From assembly GCA_964455175.1 (NCBI GenBank), contig CAYVUW010000009.1, positions 4,065 to 68,064 of the forward strand: 64,000 nt of DNA. Direction: 5' to 3'. The first letter of the stretch is position 1. Every line of letters begins with the position of its first letter. Source of the DNA: an uncultured Acidobacteriota bacterium. Its GTDB lineage: Bacteria; Acidobacteriota; UBA890. The notes under the pieces are model-generated. The model made no database searches. It was not told the DNA's origin and saw only the letters and a list, made by a program, of their open reading frames with translations. Made by a program: the position numbers and the translations under genes. Positions 57,758-64,000 of this stretch are shown one piece after another.

Positions 57758-59224
57758 CTACCGGTCACTGAGCACTTGGCGCACCCGGTTGGCTAATCTG
57801 CGCGCATCTGACAAGACGGATTCAGGGTTCAGAGTACTGAATGTTTCTTCGTGATAGAGAATCTGTCCTTCAACGATCGTTGTTTTCACATCATGGCCAC
57901 GTGCCGCGTAGGTCAGATGCGAGTAGAGGTCGTACCGTGGCACCAAATTGGGGCGAGAACCGTCGACGATGATGATGTCAGCCCGCTTGCCAACCTCGAG
58001 AGAGCCAATCGCGTCGTCCATGTGCAGCGCACGGGCACCTTCGATGGTAGCGAGAGAGACTACCTCGGTAGCCGGCATCGCTGTGGGGTCGTTGTCAGCG
58101 AACTTGTGAAGCAGCGCACCGGTCAGCATGGCGCCGAACATGTCAAGGTCGTTATTACTTGCTGGCCCGTCAGTTCCCAATCCAACCGCAATTCCAGCTT
58201 GCCGGAGCTGGGCGATCGGCATCGCTCCTGAGGTCAGCTTCATATTGCTTTCGGGATTGTGGACTAGCCCGACATTATGCGTTGCAAGGGTCACAATGTC
58301 CGACTCGTTCACCCATACAGCATGGGCCGCCAGAAGGTCTGCCCCGAGAAGGCCTACGCTCTCCAGATAACCAACCGGTGTGGTTCCGTACCGACTTCTG
58401 ATCGTTTCTACCTCGTCCGATGTCTCCGCTAGGTGGATCAGCAGCGGAGCATTGTACTGTCGCGCCAGCTTCGCCACCTTACGCAAGGTCTCTGGTCCCA
58501 CTGTGTAGGGAGCGTGCGGCGCAATTCCCGGCGTGATTCGTGGGTGGTTGGCCCATTTTTGAAGAAAAGCCTCCGTGTACGCTAGTGCATCATCTGGGGT
58601 CGCAGAATCGGGCGTCGGGTTATCCAGAATGGTCTCGCCAAGAACGCCACGCAGCCCCGTCTCACTCACTACCCACGCGACATCGTCCTCGAAGTAATAC
58701 ATGTCAGCGAACGTTGTGGTTCCGGAGCGAATCATCTCGAGTGCAGCGAGACGCGTCCCTATACGGACAAATTCGGGGTTCACCAACTGTGACTCGGCCG
58801 GGAAGATATAGCCCTCGAGCCAATCCATTAGGGCGATGTCATCGGCGACGCCGCGCAACATCGTCATCGGGGCGTGGTTATGAGCATTGATGAGCCCGGG
58901 CAATACGATGTCATGAGGATGAACACGGATGGTCTCATTGGCAAGGAATCGATTACTAATCTCGGCCTCTGGGCCGATGGCCGCAATAGCACCGTCCACG
59001 ATTGCCACTGCGCCGTTCTCGAATACCTGTCGTTGCGTATCCATCGTTACCACGGTGCCACCCACGATTAGCAAATTAGCCGTGTTCCGATCTTCCTCCT
59101 CGCCCGTTTGTCTAACATCGTGTTCCACAGTTAATTCGTGCAACTTAGACCGGTCGCAGGCCCAGGCAGGTGCGACTATAAAAACAGTGAGAAGGCATGA
59201 GACCTTCCAGAGTGGGGGCTTCAT
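57758..59224 (-). CDS. Amidohydrolase-superfamily deaminase (MtaD/TM0936-like) with predicted N-terminal signal peptide
   Basis: LLIVGGTVVTMD, the metal-binding motif GLINAHNHAPMTMLRG and HLAE, which are typical of MTA/SAH/adenosine deaminase-like enzymes. The N-terminus is MKPPLWKVSCLLTVFIVAPAWA|C. The ATG forms an ATGA overlap with the cdd stop. Confidence 0.75.
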   Translation of the reverse strand: MKPPLWKVSCLLTVFIVAPAWACDRSKLHELTVEHDVRQTGEEEDRNTANLLIVGGTVVTMDTQRQVFENGAVAIVDGAIAAIGPEAEISNRFLANETIRVHPHDIVLPGLINAHNHAPMTMLRGVADDIALMDWLEGYIFPAESQLVNPEFVRIGTRLAALEMIRSGTTTFADMYYFEDDVAWVVSETGLRGVLGETILDNPTPDSATPDDALAYTEAFLQKWANHPRITPGIAPHAPYTVGPETLRKVAKLARQYNAPLLIHLAETSDEVETIRSRYGTTPVGYLESVGLLGADLLAAHAVWVNESDIVTLATHNVGLVHNPESNMKLTSGAMPIAQLRQAGIAVGLGTDGPASNNDLDMFGAMLTGALLHKFADNDPTAMPATEVVSLATIEGARALHMDDAIGSLEVGKRADIIIVDGSRPNLVPRYDLYSHLTYAARGHDVKTTIVEGQILYHEETFSTLNPESVLSDARRLANRVRQVLSDR

Positions 59225-59739
59225 GTATCTTCCCCTGTTTCGTCTTGGTCTAAAGTTTCGTTGCAGGCAAGGGAATCACGGTGTACGGAAAGTTGGGCTG
59301 TCCCAAAAGGGTCGGGCAGTAGATCGGCACAGGTCCGGCATTCGATACGACCATCGTGGGTCGATGTGTAGATAGAGGCCTCCGGTGCGAGATCCCAGAT
59401 GACCTGACGGCAGGCGCCGCAGGGCCAAATCGCCGTGTTTTCTATTTGAGGTCCAATTATGGCAATAGCCTCAAGTTTCTGTGCCCCCCCAGCAGCCCGG
59501 GCAGCGAATAAAGCGACGCGCTCAGCACACATAGTCAAACCGTACGAGGAGATCTCAATGTTACAGCCGGAATAGACTCGGCCGTCAGCGCTTCGTACGG
59601 CCGCCCCTACGGCAAAGCCTGAATATGGTGCGTGAGCGTTGGTCCGCGCCTCTACGGCTTGGTCAATTAGCCGGCGCGTCAAACCGTCGAGTTCGGAACG
59701 TAATTGGCTGCGCATCAGACAAATTATGACAGTTGCCAT
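59221..59739 (-). CDS. cdd: Cytidine deaminase (tetrameric type)
   Basis: HAPYSGFAVGAAV and the zinc motifs MCAERVA and PCGACRQV. Confidence 0.85.
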   Translation of the reverse strand: MATVIICLMRSQLRSELDGLTRRLIDQAVEARTNAHAPYSGFAVGAAVRSADGRVYSGCNIEISSYGLTMCAERVALFAARAAGGAQKLEAIAIIGPQIENTAIWPCGACRQVIWDLAPEASIYTSTHDGRIECRTCADLLPDPFGTAQLSVHRDSLACNETLDQDETGEDT

Positions 59740-59796
59740 CCTCCATTACTTTGGCGCTAGCGTCTCAGATGGCATCAGGGTTTCTTACACGACCTT

Positions 59797-60651
59797 CTAG
59801 AAGGCTCCTAACAACACGATACGGGATACCAGATCATCAACCAACGCAATGAACGTCTCTCGAACCCGCTCGCCTGCTTCCATGACTTCTTTGTGGTCGA
59901 GCGGCCTATCAGACACGCCAGCGGCCATATTACTGAGACATGAGATGCCGACAACGCGCAGTCCAGCTTGGTTAGCAGCGATGACCTCCTGAACCGTCGA
60001 CATGCCGACTGCGTCGGCTCCTATAGTCTCAAGCATGCGGATTTCCGCAGGCGTTTCGTACGATGGCCCCAAGACGCCTGCGTATACGCCTTCCCGAAGG
60101 TTTACACCTTGGCCTCTCGCAACATTGCGGGCCAAATTAAGATATTCGGGATCGTAAGAGTAGGTCATGTCAAAAAAGCGATTGTCGAAATCGTCAATAT
60201 TGGCCCCAAGACAAGCGTTAGTTCCTTGGAGATTTATGTGGTCGGTGATCAGCATTAGCTCACCGGCAGCGAAGTCGCGGTTAATCGCCCCAGCGGCGTT
60301 GGTGACCACCAACGCCCTGCAGCCCAGCAAAGAGAGCACCCGTACTGGAAAAACTGTCTCCCATGGCTCGTAACCTTCATATAGATGCACACGCCCCTGC
60401 ATGGTGGCCACCGGCGTTTCTCCGTGCATGCCAACGAAGAGCTGACCAGCATGCCCCTCGACAGTAGAAGATGGCCAGCCCGGAATCTCTTCGTACCGGA
60501 TTGCAATGCTGTCGACGAGTGTTTCGGCGAATCCTCCCAACCCAGAGCCGAGAATGAGGCCGACGCGGGGTTCGACATCGATTTGTTTAGCAATTGCGTC
60601 TACCGCGACATCGAGACTCTTACGGTAGTCGGCTGGAGGGATTTGTAGCAT
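59797..60651 (-). CDS. punA: Purine nucleoside phosphorylase (trimeric PNP family)
   Basis: LILGSGLGGFAE, GRVHLYEGY, VTNAAG and GMSTVQEV. Confidence 0.85.
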   Translation of the reverse strand: MLQIPPADYRKSLDVAVDAIAKQIDVEPRVGLILGSGLGGFAETLVDSIAIRYEEIPGWPSSTVEGHAGQLFVGMHGETPVATMQGRVHLYEGYEPWETVFPVRVLSLLGCRALVVTNAAGAINRDFAAGELMLITDHINLQGTNACLGANIDDFDNRFFDMTYSYDPEYLNLARNVARGQGVNLREGVYAGVLGPSYETPAEIRMLETIGADAVGMSTVQEVIAANQAGLRVVGISCLSNMAAGVSDRPLDHKEVMEAGERVRETFIALVDDLVSRIVLLGAF

Positions 60652-60652
60652 T

Positions 60653-61965
60653 TCAGAAGCTCGACAGGATTCCAGCCAAGGTCGCGACCGTTAGCGATGC
60701 CAACATGCCAGCCAGAACAGCACGGAGACCGAGCCTGGCAAGGTCGCTTCGACGTGACGGTGCTAGTGACCCGATGCCGCCGATCTGGATTCCGATGGAC
60801 GCGAAGTTGGCAAAGCCACAGAGCGCATATGAGGCGATGAGTTCAGATTTTGGGGACAACGTTTCTTCGGCAAGCAAGACCGAAAGTTCGGTGTAGGCGA
60901 CGAATTCATTGAGCATTAACTTTATGCCAAACAGCTCTCCTACAGTTCCCGCTTCTGACCATGGTACCCCTGTCAGGAAGGCCAGCGGTGCGAACACAGT
61001 TGCAAGGATCGGGCGCAAGCCAAAAGATATTGGGCTGGCGCCGCGCACCATGAATATGCCGGCGGCTACTATCATCAGCGCCCCAGTAGTCGCTAGTACC
61101 ATCTGCCGGGTCTTTGGCGTCGGTCCCCATCCAAAAGCGTAAGCTATTGCGATGCTGCTGATAATAACGAGCATCGTGCCAGGAAGGCGATCAACATTCC
61201 GCCGATGTTGAGTGCGAGAGTAATCCCTTGTCCTGCACCACGGGCAGCTGCATCGATGACGTTTACGTCCGTGGGTTCCACTTCCAACATGACGTCGCCA
61301 GCGGTTTTGGATTGTTCAGTCTCGGGAATCAGAAGCTTCGCCATTACCAACGCCGCCGGCGCGGCCATAACGCTCGCCGATAGCAAGTACTCGGGGCGTA
61401 TACCGAGGGCGATATATGCACCTAGCACCGCTCCCGAAACAGTCGCCATGCCGGTGGTCATTAGCGCCATGAGCTCTGATCGTGTCATGGCCGAAATGTA
61501 AGGGGCAACGATGATCGGAGCCTCAGTCTGGCCCATGAATACATTCGCTGCTGCGGCGAGTGACTCTGATCCCGAGACGCCCATCAGGCGGTGCATTGTC
61601 TTCGCCATCAACAAGACAATACGCTGCATGATGCCCATGTAGTACAACACGCTGAATAACGCGGATATGAAGATCACGATTGGCAAGACCCGGAAGGCGA
61701 ATACGCTACCCAGGCTGCCGTTGGGGTCTGCTGCTTGACCGAAAACGAACAGGGAACCCTGATCAGCAAACACCAGCATCGCGTGGACACCATCGCCCAT
61801 TGCACTAAATAGTGCTGTGCCCCAATCGGTGCGGATAATTATCAGGCCAAGGGCAACCTGTAGGCTCATTCCCCAGGCTACAAGGCGCAGCGAAACCGCC
61901 GAACGATTTTCAGAAAAAGCGAACGCGATGCCGTACAGTAGTGCGAGTCCAAGCAGACCAATCAT
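60653..61965 (-). pseudogene. nupC: NupC/CNT-family nucleoside transporter interrupted by a frameshift
   Basis: Two ORFs, 61144..61965 and 60653..61174, overlap by 31 nt in different frames and together span a NupC-type protein. The N-part contains FMGQTEAPI and ..NIGGMLIAFLA. The C-part contains GVPWSEAGTVGELFGIKLMLNEFVAY and CGFANFASIGIQIGG. Inserting 1 nt near 61172-61180 would restore the frame. Confidence 0.8.
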
Positions 61966-63272
61966 GGGCGGCGTTCCTTCACCAACTGGGTTGCAGCGGG
62001 CTTGTCAGGGCTGATTGAAAGCGCTGCCGAAAGCTTCGTCGTTGCACGTCTAACGTCTGCGCCTGGCCCATGGTACAGGGTCGCCCAAGGTTCGTCGCGG
62101 TTGATCCAATGGCCGCATTTGGCATGTAATTCAATGCCGGCTGCTGGGTCGAGTGAGTCGTTACGAACTAACCGACCAGCTCCAAGGGCTACCGCGGCGT
62201 CGCCGATCAACCGTGCGTCGAGACACATGATCCATCCTTCGTCGGGTGCAGTTACCACCGTGGTGTGAGGAGATTGCGGCAGCAGACCGATATTGTCGAC
62301 GATTCGTGGGTTTCCACCCTGCGCCTCGATGAGTTCGCCGAAACGTTCCAGAGCCTTGCCACTCTCTATAGCTTTTCGCGCTAGACGAAGGCCATGGGTG
62401 TGACCATCCGAGAGTCCGCTGAGGACAAGCATTTCAGCGGTTAGCTCCAAGGTGAGCTCTTTGAGATCAGTAGAACGTTCGGTATCTCCAGACAAAACGG
62501 CGATTGCCTCGCGCACCTCGAGAGAATTGCCGACGGTGTAACCGAGAGGCTGGTCCATTTCGGTGATTAGAATGGAACATCTTAGACCTGAAAGAATAGC
62601 GACCTGATGGAGTCGGTCAGCAAGTTGACGAGCGTCTTCGAGACTCTGCATGAATGCACCGCTCCCCATCTTGACATCGAGGACTAGTGATTCGGTGCCC
62701 TCGGCGATCTTCTTGCTGAGGATGCTTGCCGTAATCAGGCCAGTTTCCGGAATCGTTCCGGTGAGCGATCGGAGTTCGTAAAGCTTGCGGTCCGCCGGTA
62801 CCAGCTCTTTGGTCTGTGCTCCCATAGCTACACCTATGGCCTCGAGCTGTTTGCGGAATTCATCGTGCCCTAGGTCGACCCGGAACCCAGGAATTGACTC
62901 AAGTTTGTCGAGAGTGCCTCCGGTGTGCCCGAGGCTGCGACCGGAGATCATCGGTACTATGCACCCACAAGTAGCCGCCAACGGCGCTAGCAGCAAGCTC
63001 ACCTTGTCGCCGACACCGCCGGTGCTGTGTTTGTCGACCTTGGGCCCCGGCAGGTTAGAAAGGTCGAAGTGTGCTCCGGACTCGGCCATAGACTGGGTTA
63101 GCGTGGCGGTTTCGGTGCTGGTCAGGCCACGCCACATGATCGCCATAAGGAATGAAGACATCTGGTAATCAGCAATACCCCCGTCGGTATACAGGCCGAT
63201 CATGCCGTCAATTTCGGCAGCGCTCAATTCGCCGCCGTCACGTTTTTTTTCGATGAGCTCGAGAAAGACCAA
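61962..63272 (-). CDS. deoA: Thymidine/pyrimidine-nucleoside phosphorylase
   Basis: LIEKKRDGGELS, KHSTGGVGDKVSL and SGRSLGHTGGTLDKLESIPG. The stop forms an ATGA overlap with the nupC start. Confidence 0.9.
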   Translation of the reverse strand: MVFLELIEKKRDGGELSAAEIDGMIGLYTDGGIADYQMSSFLMAIMWRGLTSTETATLTQSMAESGAHFDLSNLPGPKVDKHSTGGVGDKVSLLLAPLAATCGCIVPMISGRSLGHTGGTLDKLESIPGFRVDLGHDEFRKQLEAIGVAMGAQTKELVPADRKLYELRSLTGTIPETGLITASILSKKIAEGTESLVLDVKMGSGAFMQSLEDARQLADRLHQVAILSGLRCSILITEMDQPLGYTVGNSLEVREAIAVLSGDTERSTDLKELTLELTAEMLVLSGLSDGHTHGLRLARKAIESGKALERFGELIEAQGGNPRIVDNIGLLPQSPHTTVVTAPDEGWIMCLDARLIGDAAVALGAGRLVRNDSLDPAAGIELHAKCGHWINRDEPWATLYHGPGADVRRATTKLSAALSISPDKPAATQLVKERRP

Positions 63273-63340
63273 AGACCTTTGTCCGTCGTGGCTTGCGCGG
63301 GTCGTGTCACGTCGTTTGCTGGAGTATATTCGGCCTCACA

Positions 63341-64000
63341 GTGGATATCTCACCTTTTGCAGCGCTGCGCTACGCACAGACTCGGTCCTTGGATATCGAC
63401 CGGTGTATCTCCTTACCGTACGATCAGTTTGGTGACGAAGGTCGGGAAGAGCGCTACAGTCGGCACCCCCATAATGTTGTTCGTCTGATTAAACCGCGGC
63501 CTGGGAAAGAGCCCATCCAAGAGATGGCGCGTCGAACCCTGGCATCTTGGTGCCGCGAAGGAGTCCTTGTCGCAGACGAGCGCCCAGGAATCTACCCTTA
63601 TCGCCAGCGCTTTGATCTTCCAGGCGTCAGCGTAGCTGAAGAACGCTGGGGCTTCATATGCAGACTGCGGTTGACTCCGTTTGAAACTGGCCCTGTAAAG
63701 GCTCACGAGCTTACCTATCCGGGAACCGTGGGCGAACGAAGCCAGCTGCGAAAGATCGTTGACGCTGACCTCGGACTCATTCTTGTTATCTACGACGATC
63801 CGGGTGGCAACATCGATCGTCTCGTTCGTGGCGCGGCAGAACGAGCTGAACTTTTCGAGGCTACTGACGAAGCCGGTACTGCGAACGCATTGTGGAAATG
63901 GGACCAGCCTGATCAGGTTGAGGCGCTGTGCCGGGGCCTGGCTCCATCAGATGGTTTCATAGCTGATGGCCACCATCGTTATACGGCGGCTTTGCAACAC
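63341..64000 (+). CDS. DUF1015-family protein, 3'-partial (runs off the window end; absent from the ORF track)
   Basis: My own translation from GTG 63341 gives (M)DISPFAALRYAQTRSLDIDRCISLPYDQFGDEGREERYSRHPHNVVRLIKP...IYPYRQRF...ERWGFICRLRL...VKAHELTYPG...GLILVIYDDP...GTANALWKW...FIADGHHRYTAAL. This matches the DUF1015 pattern (PF.ALRY, PPYD, HN.V.L, HE.T, IADGHHRY). There is no stop before 64000. Confidence 0.75.
   Translation, partial: MDISPFAALRYAQTRSLDIDRCISLPYDQFGDEGREERYSRHPHNVVRLIKPRPGKEPIQEMARRTLASWCREGVLVADERPGIYPYRQRFDLPGVSVAEERWGFICRLRLTPFETGPVKAHELTYPGTVGERSQLRKIVDADLGLILVIYDDPGGNIDRLVRGAAERAELFEATDEAGTANALWKWDQPDQVEALCRGLAPSDGFIADGHHRYTAALQH

Noticed and set aside
63413-63706. 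97-aa minus-strand ORF
   Set aside because: It is antisense to the DUF1015 coding sequence, which has clear family motifs on the plus strand.
1-64000. Scan for CRISPR arrays, tandem or interspersed repeats, transposases, integrases, toxin-antitoxin pairs or defence-island gene content
   Set aside because: Reading the intergenic regions by eye, I saw no regularly spaced repeats. Every ORF over 100 aa that is not a shadow ORF is assignable to housekeeping functions, apart from two small hypotheticals. An exhaustive computational repeat search could not be performed.

Overview
This 64-kb window is a densely coding stretch of bacterial chromosome. The organism is diderm, because lptD is present; the phylum cannot be determined from sequence alone. 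Almost everything is core housekeeping. On the plus strand the window opens with rnr(5' partial)-gatB-ftsE-ftsX-mutS2-dnaG, then a tRNA(CAU), a COG1579 zinc-ribbon gene and rnhA. The minus strand carries a long division/cell-wall (dcw) cluster: mraZ-rsmH-ftsL-ftsI-murE-murF-mraY-murD-ftsW-murC-murB-ftsQ-ftsA-ftsZ, followed by a TIGR03960-like radical SAM gene and pgeF. Next come two SDR sugar-nucleotide enzymes, lptD, folC-accD, and mtnA-tsaD-ROK kinase-lepB. After those are yggT, yggS, an NFACT/RqcH homologue, an SLT transglycosylase, gap-pgk-tpiA-secG, tRNA-Leu, ispH and a two-subunit 2-oxoacid:ferredoxin oxidoreductase. The window ends with ccdA, yggX, a six-gene nucleoside catabolic operon (deoA-nupC-punA-cdd-amidohydrolase-deoC) and an open-ended DUF1015 gene that the ORF track missed. 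I found no CRISPR array, transposase, integrase, phage gene or recognisable defence gene, and I cannot support a claim of a novel multi-gene system here. The most unusual items are: (1) a degenerate ~54-codon remnant of a sigma-70 (rpoD) 3' end directly behind dnaG; (2) a tRNA-Leu with an AAG (A34) anticodon; (3) a frameshifted nupC inside an otherwise intact operon; (4) atypical domain architectures, namely FtsZ with a ~90-aa basic N-terminal extension, MutS2 without Smr, DeoC with a ~160-aa Cys-containing N-terminal domain, and a signal-peptide-bearing MtaD-like amidohydrolase; (5) a dcw cluster lacking murG and ddl; (6) a ~240-nt non-coding stretch ending in a strong intrinsic terminator that abuts the next gene's RBS. 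All calls rest on motif recognition by eye. No searches were run.
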